Origin: Octopus sinensis
Lineage: Eukaryota
DNA: 33,966 nt
Assembly (NCBI RefSeq): GCF_006345805.1
Contig: NW_021831979.1
Coordinates: 1 to 33,966, forward strand
Direction: 5' to 3'
Positions 13,097 to 24,924 of the stretch are shown here, in pieces. The notes under the pieces were generated by a model, which saw only the letters and a list, made by a program, of their open reading frames with translations, did no database searches and was not told where the DNA came from. Positions within the stretch are counted from its first letter, which is position 1. Each line of letters starts with the position of its first letter. Position numbers and translations under genes: made by a program.

Positions 13097-13361
13097 TATT
13101 CTTTTATTTTTTATTCTTTTACTTGTTTCAGTCATTTGACTGCAACCATGCAGGAACACCGCCTTTAGTCGAACAAAGCGACCCCAGGACCTATTCTTTG
13201 TAATTCTAGTACTTATTCTGTCGGTAACTTTTGCCAAACGCTAAGTTACGGGGACGTAAATACACCAACATCGGTTGTCAAGCGATGGTGGGAGGACAAA
13301 CACAGACACACACACACACGACGGGATTATTTCAGTTTCTGTCTACTAAATCCACTCACAG
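13097..13361 (-). mobile_element. SINE family A, head-less copy
   Basis: Collinear with 14676-15094 (CTTGTTTCAGTCATTTGACTGC..GCTAAGTTACGGGGACGTAAA..ACGGG..AAATCCACTCACA); lacks the tRNA-like head. Confidence 0.88.
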
Positions 13362-13429
13362 GGAAAAAGTTAAGCGATGACTACAAGTCACATATCAATA
13401 GTAGAAGGGAGAATGGTGGTAGAGGGCAG

Positions 13430-13661
13430 AGAGGGAAGGAAGAAGAACGTGATAGCAGCATAGAAGGAAGGGAAGAAAGTGAGAGAGAAAAAGAGAGAGG
13501 AACAAAGAAGAGAGAGAGAGAGAGAATAGCAGAGAAAGGGAGGTGTCGTACAAAAATATGGAATACTCACACATATAGACAGAGAGATAGATAGACAGAG
13601 AGAGAGAGAGAGAGAGAGAGTTAGATAAATAAATAGAAAACACACAGACACACAGATAGAT

Positions 13662-13694
<33 letters not shown>

Positions 13695-13701
13695 CATACA
13701 T

Positions 13702-13734
<33 letters not shown>

Positions 13735-13799
13735 TACATACACACACATACATACAGGTATACATAGACAGGCGGACAGACAGATTAGACAGACGGACT

Positions 13800-13881
<82 letters not shown>

Positions 13882-13912
13882 TAGACAGACAGACAGATAG
13901 ATAGATAGATAT

Positions 13913-13975
<63 letters not shown>

Positions 13976-13987
13976 TACAGACAGATT

Positions 13988-14058
<71 letters not shown>
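13430..14058. repeat. Purine-rich (GA)n plus compound (GATA)/(CATA)/(GACA)n array
   Basis: Directly visible; source of the YLSI-repeat ORFs. Confidence 0.96.
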
Positions 14059-14165
14059 GACGGGCTTCTGCAAAGCTTCCTTTTAGCAAATTCTTCTCGG
14101 AAGGTGTTATCAACACGATGCTACAGCTGATGACACTTGTCCAAGGTACTACGCTGTGGCTTCTG
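14057..14165 (-). mobile_element. Diverged SINE family A fragment
   Basis: GACGGGCTTC..GACACTTGTCCAAGGTACTACGC matches the A body. Confidence 0.55.
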
Positions 14166-14675
14166 CAGAAGTTTTGATAGGGATATTCCACTAATATGCT
14201 GCTATATATGTATTCAATAGCATATTGTTTTAGTAACATCATAGCACTGTAAGTGATAGAAGCTTGATGACATTTCTAGACGGATCTTGACTACACAGAA
14301 AAGTGACATGATCGACACTCTGGGGTCACATCTTGTGATTTTAAAGGTTCCACTGTTCCTTTGTTTATGGAGTATTTTGTAGCTTTCTCCTGCTTTGGAC
14401 TGCAAAATCATAAGCTTCAAGAGAGGACATGATTCAGAGGTCCCGAGACCAAGAGAGGCTGCATTTTTATGCTAATACTGTTATCGTTTTCTAGTTTCCT
14501 AGAAACATAGCAATGACTAACGTGATCGCAGTATGTAGAGCGTTTCACATCCGAGTCGTTGTTGAGATATGTTAGAGTTTGTATGAAAGGCCGTCGGGAA
14601 GTGAATGTTTCTTGACGAGTTCACTGCTAAACCTGAAGGATATCGTTCACGTCCTTTTACAGCACTTGGTTGATG

Positions 14676-14895
14676 TACTCTTACTCTTTACTCTTTTATT
14701 AGTTTCAGTCATGTGACTGTGGCCATGCTGGAACACCGCCTTTGGTCGAGCAAATCGACCCCAGGACTTATTCTTTGTAAGCCTCGTACTTATTCTATCG
14801 TCTATTTTGCCGAACCGCTAAGTTACGGGGACGTAAGCACACCAGCATCGGTTGTCAAGCGATGTTGAGGGGACAAACATAGACATACAACATAT

Positions 14896-14938
<43 letters not shown>

Positions 14939-15094
14939 TATGACGGGTTTCTTTCAGTTCCGTCTACTCACAAGGCTTTAGTCGGCCCGAGGCTATAGTA
15001 GAAGACACTTGCCCAAGGTGCCACGCAGTGGGGATGAACCCGGAACCATGTGGTTGGTAAGCAAGCTACTTACCACACAGCCACTCCTACGCCT
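14676..15094 (-). mobile_element. SINE family A, full length, tRNA-derived head
   Basis: Minus-strand head AGGCGTAGGAGTGGCTGTGTGGTAAG with A-box-like TGGCTGTGTGG (15073-15083) and B-box-like GGTTCATCCCC (15030-15040), then GCACCTTGGGCAAG, an internal (TA/CA)n tract and a TAAAAGAG-type tail. Confidence 0.92.
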
Positions 15095-15143
15095 ATTTGT
15101 ATTTACTTTTTTTTTTTCTTTTGCTATTATTTAGTAAGTCCTA

Positions 15144-15355
15144 AGATGGCGAGCTGGCAGAATCGTTAGCACGCTGGACGAAATGCTTAACGGCATTTCG
15201 TCTATCTTTATGTTCTGAGTTCAAATTCCGCTGAGGTTGATTTTGCCTTTCATCCTTTCGGGGTCGATAAATTAAGTACCAGTGAAACACTGGAGTCGAT
15301 GTAATCGACTAGTCACCTCCCTAAAAATTTCAGGCTTTGTGCTTTTAGTAAAAGG
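15144..15355 (+). mobile_element. SINE family B with 18-bp target-site duplication
   Basis: Head GGCGAGCTGGCAGAATCGTTAGC, B-box-like GAGTTCAAATTCC. ATTATTTAGTAAGTCCTA is exact at 15126-15143 and 15356-15373. Confidence 0.92.
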
Positions 15356-15399
15356 ATTATTTAGTAAGTCCTACCATAATGATATCATATGGTCCTCGA

Positions 15400-15730
15400 A
15401 GTCTGTCTGTACTGATCTTTTCTTTTTACATGGTGTTTGTTGATACTGGTGCTTCTATGGAAACTTAGTCAATCTCTGTGGAAATTTGCAATCTCGTAAA
15501 CTTTCTTGCCTATAGAGTGGATTTCCTCTAAAGACCAGCCCATTATCCTAAATGCTGGTATCAGTATGGGTACTGGAAATGCATTGATGGGTTGTCTTGC
15601 TGTAAGAGGATCGCTCTGAGTACCATGTTGTTTGATTACTCTATCTTTCTTCATTCTAATTTTGTATGATATATTTTCCTCAATATCTAAGTATTTGTGA
15701 TACTCATTGTTCGATCAAGAGAGGTAGAAA
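15400..15730 (-). mobile_element. Old internal fragment of an R4/Dong-like LINE
   Basis: Translates as EYHKYLDIEEN..KKDRVIKQ..INAFPVPILIPAFRIMGWSLEEIHSIGKK, aligning by eye to YKYLGIHE..INTLAVPVISYSYNILNWTRNELSKIDRK of copy 2. Confidence 0.6.
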
Positions 15731-15757
15731 GAGGACCGTTGACGCAAACCTTACGGG

Positions 15758-15994
15758 TTTACTCTTTTACTCTTTTATTCTTTTATTCTTTTACTTGTTT
15801 CAGTCATTTGACTGCGGCCATACTGGAGCACCGCCTTTAATCGAGCAACTCAACCCCCGGGACTTATTCTTTTGTAAGCACAGTACTTATTCTATCGGTC
15901 TCTTTTGCCGAACCGCTTAGTAACGCGGACATAAACACACCAGCACCGGTTGTCAAGCAATGCTAGGGGGACAGACACAGACACACAAACATAT

Positions 15995-16037
<43 letters not shown>

Positions 16038-16192
16038 CGCATATACGACAGGCTTCTTTCAGTTTCCGTCTACCAAATCCACTCACAAGGCTTTGGTCGA
16101 CCCGGGGCTATAGCAGAAGACACTTGCCCAAGATGACACGCAGTGGGACTGAACCCGGAACCATGTAGTTGGTTAGCAAGCTACTTACCACA
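15758..16192 (-). mobile_element. SINE family A, near full length
   Basis: Collinear with 14676-15094; B-box-like GGTTCAGTCCC on the minus strand; extreme 5' head missing. Confidence 0.92.
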
Positions 16193-16344
16193 ACATTTTT
16201 TCCACGTTCCCTAGTTAAATATGCACATTTCTTTTGGTCTCTCAATATCAGTGGAAAATGTGATCTCATAAAACCCAGCGACTTTTTCAGTGCTGTAAGA
16301 GTTTCGAGCACAGAGCTTTAAATTATCCACGAAATTATGTGTAA

Positions 16345-16363
16345 AAATGTGTGCGTGAGTGCA

Positions 16364-16401
<38 letters not shown>

Positions 16402-16650
16402 TGTACGTGTGTGTGTGTGTGTGTGTGTAAAGCCACCTATGTGACTCAAGACCAAGTGTCTTATGCGTTGAACTTAGCAAAGTGCAACGCACGAAAACAT
16501 CGATTTTAATTTATGTAGTTTTACGGCTAAATAATGATAATATAAATAATTAATGTGTATGTACGTGTGTGTGTGTGCATGCACATGTGTGAACGTGTAT
16601 GCGTGTGTGTACATGAGTGTATGTATGTATGTGTACGTGTGTGTGTGTGC
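16345..16650. repeat. (GT)n microsatellites, two tracts
   Basis: Directly visible at ~16345-16428 and ~16555-16650. Confidence 0.9.
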
Positions 16651-16979
16651 TCATATTTGCCCTACCGCTGCGTATTAAATTCCAATCCTCCTGTTTGTAC
16701 TAGCTAACGGGCTATAATGGCTGTATATATATTCTCACTGAATGTAGTATGTTTGCTAAAACGTTTATTCGATTTGCATAAATAGTGTTTCATTGGCAAT
16801 TTATTCAAATTAATTTCTCTATAATGCTATGCAGAGTGTTTATTCTCTTCTATAGCTGTAAGTGTGATAAGACAAGGCTTTCTTCCTCACTTCAGCGGAG
16901 TCGTCGCTGCGTTTACGATAAGTGCAAACTTGACGGTGTCGTTTACATCAAGACATTCGATGCTTCAATGAATTAATGA

Positions 16980-17552
<573 letters not shown>

Positions 17553-17640
17553 AATAATAATAATAATGATAATAATAACGATAATAATAATAATAATAAT
17601 AATAATAATAGTAGTAGTAATAATAATAATAATAATAATA

Positions 17641-17728
17641 TTATCAGACGGGTAGTCATGATGGGTATATTGGGCTTCGTATATTTTACCCCAGTGTCAC
17701 TTTGATGGCATGCACTGCTCTCTCACTC
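17641..17728 (+). mobile_element. Second, 88-bp 5'-truncated copy of element D
   Basis: 87/88 identical to 17465-17552; embedded in (AAT)n (17553-17640 and 17729-17790). Confidence 0.8.
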
Positions 17729-17790
<62 letters not shown>

Positions 17791-17792
<2 letters not shown>

Positions 17793-17950
17793 GTTTCAAT
17801 TTTTGCCTCAAGGGCAGCAATTTTGTGGGAGGGGATGAGTCGATTACGTCGACACCAGGGTTCAAATGGTACTTATTTTATCGACCCCGAAAGGATGAAA
17901 GGCAAAGTTGAGCTCGGTGGAATTTGAACTCAGAACGCAGCGACGGACAA
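17791..17950 (-). mobile_element. SINE family B, partial
   Basis: GTACTTATTTTATCGACCCCGAAAGGATGAAAGGCAAAG..GGAATTTGAACTCAGAAC is the reverse complement of the B body. Confidence 0.88.
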
Positions 17951-17953
17951 ATT

Positions 17954-18000
17954 ACAACAACAACAATAATAATAACACACACACACACATACACACACAC

Positions 18001-18099
<99 letters not shown>

Positions 18100-18102
18100 A
18101 TA
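17954..18102. repeat. Compound (AAC)/(AAT)/(CA)/(TA)n microsatellite
   Basis: Directly visible. Confidence 0.95.
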
Positions 18103-18159
18103 ATTGTTTTTCTATCAGTAATTAAAAGCAAAACAAGATGAATTGGTTTCTTTCTAAGG

Positions 18160-19297
18160 CCAATGTCAGCGATCTCATTGATCGCTAGTAGTTGTAACTA
18201 CATTTGCCCTCTGCTGCTGACCCAAGGGTGTAAAGCTTCATTTGACTCCCGATCGCATAAGAATGTGAAGGCCCATTGTTGATCTCCTTCTCACCATCTG
18301 CCGAACCTATTTACAGACCTGTAGAATTTGGTCTATTCACCAAGCTGCTTCTCTTCCTCCTACTATTCCCTTCAACCCACACATATTTATGATTATCTCA
18401 AATACAAGACAAAGGTAAAAACTAAACAACATTTGATAATATCACACAGAAGCAGGAGCAAAGATGGCAGATTTAAATAAATAACGGTTATACTGTCAGC
18501 ATGGCTACAAAGGTTAACCACAACGATACAGATGAAGGCACTATTGGAGGTACCTAACGACGAGCAATGCTGTAATATTAAGGTTAAAGTAATTGCAACG
18601 GTATTAATGGCGGAGTCGACAATAGTGGCAGAGACAACAACCATCTCTATTTCTATCACAATACAAGACTCAATGGACTCAACACTAATAATTTTTATGT
18701 AGCACAAGTACGTCTAACGAAACAGAAAGGAAAACTACAACAGTACACCAAATCGTTTGTCCTCTGGTTAATCTGAAAGCGCTTTCTTCAGGAGAGAGCC
18801 AGCCTAGGGTCGAAAAGTCACCCACTAGCCCAAACTCTGAATGTGAACCTGGATGGTCACTTGAACAGGAACTGCACCAACTCGATCCCTCCAAGTTCAC
18901 TACCACATTCACCACAGAAAGACAAAGATATAAGAGGATCAAATGGACCCGAGAAGAGTATACAGAAATAATATACGCTTATTGCTATGCATTAGGTAGG
19001 GTCATCTGAAGAGAAACACACTGAACACTCTTATCAAATATGGAGAACACGAAATCAAGACAGCAGATTATATTTGGACGAAAACAAGTTAGCAACTGTT
19101 ACAAGAGATATCTTCAGAAATAAAAGATTGACAGATAGTGAAATAACTGCGATCAAACATGCAGCGGAAAATGACCTAAATATAAGAGAGAAAGGAAATG
19201 AAGAACCAGATGAAGAGAGTAACTCTCCACCAATCTCAATTGAGAGACTGTCATCTGACAAGAAGACGCAAATGTCTGAAGAAATAAATTATAATGA
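18160..19297 (+). mobile_element. 5'-only fragment of an R4/Dong-like LINE, copy 3
   Basis: KRIKWTREEYTEIIYAYCYA (KWTREEY 18941-18961), then after a frameshift SYQIWRTRN..LDENKLATVTRDIFRNKRLTDSEI, homologous to the N-terminus of copy 2. 5' boundary is a guess. Confidence 0.75.
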
Positions 19298-19425
19298 CAC
19301 AGATAGAATAAGTACCAGGCTTTTAAAAAGTACTGGGTTCGATTCATTCGAATAAAATTCCTCAAAGCTGTGCCTCATCATGGCCGCTGTCTAATGAGTG
19401 AAACAAGTACGAAATAAAGTAGAAT
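19298..19425 (+). mobile_element. Diverged SINE 3' fragment (family A-like)
   Basis: GATAGAATAAGTACCAGG..CATGGCCGC..GAAACAAGTA matches the family A 3' half. Confidence 0.55.
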
Positions 19426-19433
19426 AAGACATA

Positions 19434-19829
19434 TCTTTATATATAAAAGAGAAGTTGTGTGTCTGTCTCCTACGATTTAGATTCCTAACTACTCCCACAT
19501 TTTGCGGTGCAGTTTAACCAAAACCGGGTATCTTATAGTCGTGATTCATATCGAGCCCTTCTGTGTATTAGCGCGCGTCTACGATGAGTCTACGATTTAA
19601 AAAAAAATTTACCATCATTTTTTCCATTTTAATGCATTTTTTCGCTATTATATAAGGGAAGTAACTCTCTAAAAATGTCTACGATGAGTCAACAATTTAA
19701 AAAAAAATTTACCATCATTTTTTTTCCATTTTTAATGCATTTTTTTGCTATTTTTTGACTATAACTCTCTAAAAATGCTTTATAGTTATTTCCCTTACAA
19801 ACCCGAGCAATGCCGGACGATACTGCTAG
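19434..19829 (+). mobile_element. Non-autonomous Helitron
   Basis: Starts TC (TCTTTATATATAAAAG) after an A; ends CTAG (19826-19829) before a T; GC-rich imperfect hairpin CCCGAGCAATGCCGG ~10 nt before the end; no TSD; 100-bp internal duplication. Confidence 0.82.
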
Positions 19830-19914
19830 TCTAATTTATAACGTGAAAATATTTTTAACACGTCAGTAGAGCTCACGTGTAATCTTGATAAAAAAAATGC
19901 TGTGCGCCGAATGA

Positions 19915-20910
19915 TCCCAATTTTTATCCTTTCATCTCTCCGTACTTCCATATTTAAAGTTTAAATATATTTCATAGCAGTCCGTGGCTGTAACATCTGG
20001 CAACCATAAACTCTTGCAGCTCTTCTGTATATTAGAAACTTTCTAACCGGACTGATCTATTTTTATGTATTTTTTCTCCCTTTCTTTCAACTTCCGTAGC
20101 AGCCAGCTTGTTTCTGTCAACCCTAATTTAACCCCATCATTTTAATGGATGAGTTTCTCTCTCGCTATCGTCCGGGGCAACGTCTTTTCCATTTTGTCGG
20201 CTACTGCCATGAGAAATGTTTTTATCTCGTGAGAGGCAAGATTCTCCGTTAATTTGCAATTAATATTTTCACCTCTCTGTACTTCCATATTTAAAGGTTA
20301 AATATATTTCCTAGCAGTCCGTAGTTGTTACCTCTTGCAGCTCTTCTGTCTTTCAGAAACTTTCTAACCGGACTGACCTTTTCTTTTTATGTATTCTTAA
20401 CTGCCGTAGCAGCCTGCTTGTTTCTTGTTTCTGTCAACCCTAATTCAATCCCCATCATTGTAATTGATGAGTTTCTCTCTCGCAATCGTCTTTTCCCTTT
20501 TGTCGGCTGCTGCCACGAGAAATGTCTTTTTATCGTGTGAGTTAAGATTCTCCATTAATTTGCAATTTTTATCCTTTCATCTCTCCGTACTTCCATATTT
20601 AAAGGTTAAATATATTTTCATAGCAGTCTGTGGCTGTAACCTCTGGCAACCACAAACTCTTGCAGCTCTTCTGTCTTTTGAAAACTTTCTAACCGGACTG
20701 ATCTTTTTTTATGTATTTTTCTCCCTTTCTTTCAACTTCCGTAGCAGTCAGCTTGTTTCCGTCAACCCTAATTTAGCTCCCATCATTGTAATGGATGAGC
20801 TTCTCTCTCGCTATCGTCCGGGGCAACGCCTTTTCCATTTTGTCGGCTACTGCCATGGGAAATACTTTTATCTTGTGAGAGGCAAGATTCTCCGTTAATT
20901 TGCAATTAAT
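19915..20910. repeat. Tandem array, three copies of a ~300-345-bp unit
   Basis: Units start ~19919, ~20261, ~20564, each with CTCTCCGTACTTCCATATTTAAAG..GAAACTTTCTAACCGGACTGA..GTCGGCT..AGATTCTCC(G/A)TTAATTTGCAATT; the middle unit has deletions. Confidence 0.93.
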
Positions 20911-21049
20911 ACTTCTATCTTTCGAGCAAAATTCTAATAACCCAGCAGTAAACATGTCTGGTGCGATTCTGCCAAGAAGGAGGCTTTGATATTGTCCTCT
21001 TCTAAGACTGTAAGTGTATTGCATTCCTCCGCCATTGCTGAAGCTTCGA

Positions 21050-21410
21050 TCGATACTGCTGCTTCTGCTGTTGCAACTGCTGCTGTATCTGCTGCTGCTG
21101 TTGCTGCTGCTGCTGTTGTTGTTGTTGTTGTTGTTGTTGCTTCTGTTGTTGTTGTTAAGCAACAAGACGGGTAAGTGTGATTAGGTGATGGTCTAGGGCT
21201 TAGGAGCGGGAGACCCCAGACCATGGAAAAAAAAAACCTTTGGTCGTCTTGTAGTCGAGGGCTCTTCGTTGGCACCCGACACCACTGGGAGGTGGCCCTC
21301 AAAGTCACTGGAAATGGAGATCTCCAGGTCTAAATTCTTGAACGGCTGCTGATGCTGCTGTAGCTGCTGCTGTAGCTGCTGCTGCTGTTGCTGCTACTGC
21401 TGCTATTGCT
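21050..21410. repeat. (CTG)/(TTG)n tracts
   Basis: Visible at ~21050-21155 and ~21345-21410. Confidence 0.9.
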
Positions 21411-21785
21411 GGAAAGGCAAACCCCGTAACCTGCTTGAGTTGGCCACTCTTTCAATATAATCCACCTTTGAAACCTTTCAGACACAAAGCTTTTAATTTG
21501 CTCTATGCTGCTAAACGTATAACGGTTGGGACTTCTGGTCCCATCCATTAGTTTCATTGCCTTTGTCTCCACTCCACGACAGGACACAACTCCAGAATAA
21601 TCCTGTAGTTTTCAGAAGTTATAAAGACTTCCAAGTCCATCCTGGTTCCTTTTCACTCTTACTGACTACTGGTGGTTCAGCTTCACGTCTGTGCTCACTA
21701 ACCACCGCACTGCGCAGCAAAAATATAACAATATCTGTTTCAACACACGACTTCACATAAAAAATCTTGCACAACAAATATATAA

Positions 21786-21930
21786 ACGTTAGGAAGGGCA
21801 TCCAGCCGTAGAAACACTGCCAGATCTGACTGGTCCTGACGAAGCCTTCCAGCTTCACAGACCCCAGTTGACCCGTCCAACCCATGCTAGTATGGAAAGC
21901 GGACGCTAAATGATGATGATGATGATGATA
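21786..21930 (+). mobile_element. 3' end of a retroposon with (TGA)n tail (SINE or RTE-like 3' end)
   Basis: AGGAAGGGCATCCAGCCGTAGAAAC..CCGTCCAACCCATGC..GGACGCTAAATGATGATGATG; family recognised from recall. Confidence 0.6.
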
Positions 21931-21976
21931 TATATACTATAACAGATTGATTCGGATTCTGTGCTACTTCAAGTTC

Positions 21977-22013
<37 letters not shown>

Positions 22014-22033
22014 GTGGAAGTACACAAACATGA

Positions 22034-22330
22034 ATACAAGCGGTTGAAATAGGGTTCCTCCGAGGGATCTCTAGAGTAGCATTATCCGACAGTGTGCGAA
22101 ACTCAGAGATCGGGGAATATGTCACGGTCGGACAACTGCTTCTCCATTCTGATGTGTCAAAGCTCCAGTATTTTCGACATGTGATTAGGATGTCACAGGA
22201 ACGAATCAGAAAGTGGATTATTCAAAAGCTAAGCCGATCGACAGGATAACTAAGAGTAGATTAAGAACGTGATGGTTGGATAATATCGGTCACACTTGTG
22301 AATCCAGCCGGAAAGTGTAATAAGGGTTGT
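22034..22330 (+). mobile_element. RTE-clade LINE remnant, ORF C-terminus
   Basis: IQAVEIGFLRGISRVALSDSVRNSEIGEYVTVGQLLLHSDVSKLQYFRHVIRMSQER fits the RTE pattern EMxFLRRI..DRVRNSEIR..SQLRxxGHVxRM. Confidence 0.72.
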
Positions 22331-22499
22331 TTCTTATAGTAGTCAATCTCTACGATCCTCCTGAGAATATGTGAGTGTAGATAAATATATAAATATATAC
22401 TAGACTACTCATGATCTGGTGGGCCACCGGGAAAGTCAACGGATTGAAACGACAGATATTATTCAACCATCACGTTCTTAATCTGCTCTTAGTTATTGA

Positions 22500-23468
22500 C
22501 ATTAGAACTGTTCCAAAGATTTCGTTCAGGAAATGAAAGCCTTAAAAAGGAACCAAGAGGGAGACCAAAATCAGTTATTCGGCATGATTAATTGAATGCC
22601 TTGGTTAAACGAAATCCGAGAACAACGTTCCGAAAAATCGGATCAGAGTTCCAGACATTTCTCGCAACTGCTTCTCGACACTTGAAGAAAATTGGAAAAA
22701 TCAAAAAGATGGATAGGTTTGTTCCCACCAACTTAATTAGTTTCAAAGAAACAGACGCCTTAGTGTATTCCATATTGATTTCTCGGTTGGAAACAGAACC
22801 ATTTTTGTATCGAATCATTACGTGTGATGAAATATGGATACTCTTTGATAACAGCAGGAGGACAGGACAGTGGTTAGATGCAGGAGTGTCACCAAAACAC
22901 TACCCAAGACCATTGCATTGATGGTCACTGTATGGTGGTCAATAAAGAGGGTTATTCATTATTCATTTTTGCAACAAGGAAAAACTGTAACAGCAACATT
23001 TTATTGTCAGGAAATCGGTTGTATGCAGGAAAAACTTTTAAAAAAGCAACCCAGATTAGTGAATAGAGATGGCCCAAATTTGCTTCGTGATAATGCACGG
23101 CCTCACACTTTTCAAGCTATGGTCCATAAGTTTTAAAGCCTGAATTATAAAATTTTGGTACATCCTCCTTATTCTCTTGATATCTCTCCTACTGATTATC
23201 TCTTATGATAATCACATATATAAGCACTTCGAGTTTGCTATATGCAATAAAACCTTCTTAAATAAAGAAGAGGTAATTGAAGTATTCAAACAGTTTATCA
23301 GTGTAAAAGATGACAAATTCTTTGAAGATGGAATATATGCCTTAGAGGAATGTTGGATGAAAGTCATAAATGAACAAGGATCATATTTTGATTAAATAAA
23401 TATATATTCTAAAATTTTAAAAACAATTTTTGTTTTCGTTTTCAAAGTGATATTTCAAGTGATAAAAC

Positions 23469-23472
<4 letters not shown>
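22500..23472 (+). mobile_element. 5'-truncated mariner transposon remnant (D,D34D)
   Basis: FQRFRSG..GRP, FVPTNL (WVPHEL-like), IITCDEIW, RDNARPH, HPPYSLDISPTDY with exactly 34 residues between the last two Asp (one stop included), GSYFD*. Right end ..AAAACCTAA followed by TA. Left TIR absent. Confidence 0.92.
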
Positions 23473-24145
<673 letters not shown>

Positions 24146-24492
24146 TTCGTGAATTTATAAAGCCGTTCCTTTTCGTTCGCAATCTGCTCGAAGCATAGCA
24201 GAACAACAGAACCTACTTTGTTTAATATGCTTCTCGCGTGGAATCTGTTATTCAGCGTCGTAAATAAAAGCGGTATGAAGAACCGCCTGAAGGACACCAC
24301 GAGAGGTCAATGACTTTAAATGAAGACCTTCAAATACAGAACGGAGCTTTCGTTCTCAATTTTAGGTTTCAATATTCTTTAACAATAACAGCCTAAACAA
24401 TGCAGTTAACTGAAAGATTTGAGACAATTTCCAGAACTTTCCCATCCAAATGCACCACTGACCGAGGTGCTAATTGGATAACGTATGATTTA

Positions 24493-24713
24493 CCCTTTAG
24501 GGTTCGCATTATTCTGCCAAAATTAATGCTTTTTCATCCACATTGTTTTGAACAAATCATGCATTATCTTGTAGCTGTGAGATTTCGATGAGGTAGCTGT
24601 TAATTTTTAAAACGATATTGTAGGGTTGGTGTGAGAGACCAGATCTGGCCAGTTTGAACATAAAACAGGCAGAATACTTTTGGCCGGATATGGCCGGTTT
24701 AAATGCTAAAGGG
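24493..24713. mobile_element. piggyBac-like MITE
   Basis: TIR CCCTTTAG (24493-24500) / CTAAAGGG (24706-24713); flanks TTTA and TTAA. Confidence 0.75.
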
Positions 24714-24924
24714 TTAAGCTTGATTGATACGTCAGATAGGGTTTTCTTAATGCTTTCAGTTAAACCAGAAGCTATTTACGGTTGGTGAATCTTTTTGCGT
24801 ATGCTACGCATCACACCAGGAATGGTCTACTTTGGCACCACCCTAATTAAACAGCGAAATGGTGCGCCATTTGATCGCAGAAATGCTTTCATTTCGTCGA
24901 AAGGAATTTTATTACCTTTCTTTC

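Noticed and set aside
13388-14242. Long YLSI/VCLS-repeat ORFs (also 25703-26070)
   Set aside because: Products of (GATA)/(GACA)n arrays that lack stops.
14200-14420. [16 protein letters not shown] resembling the post-RT region of the R4/Dong-like LINEs
   Set aside because: Match too short and degenerate.
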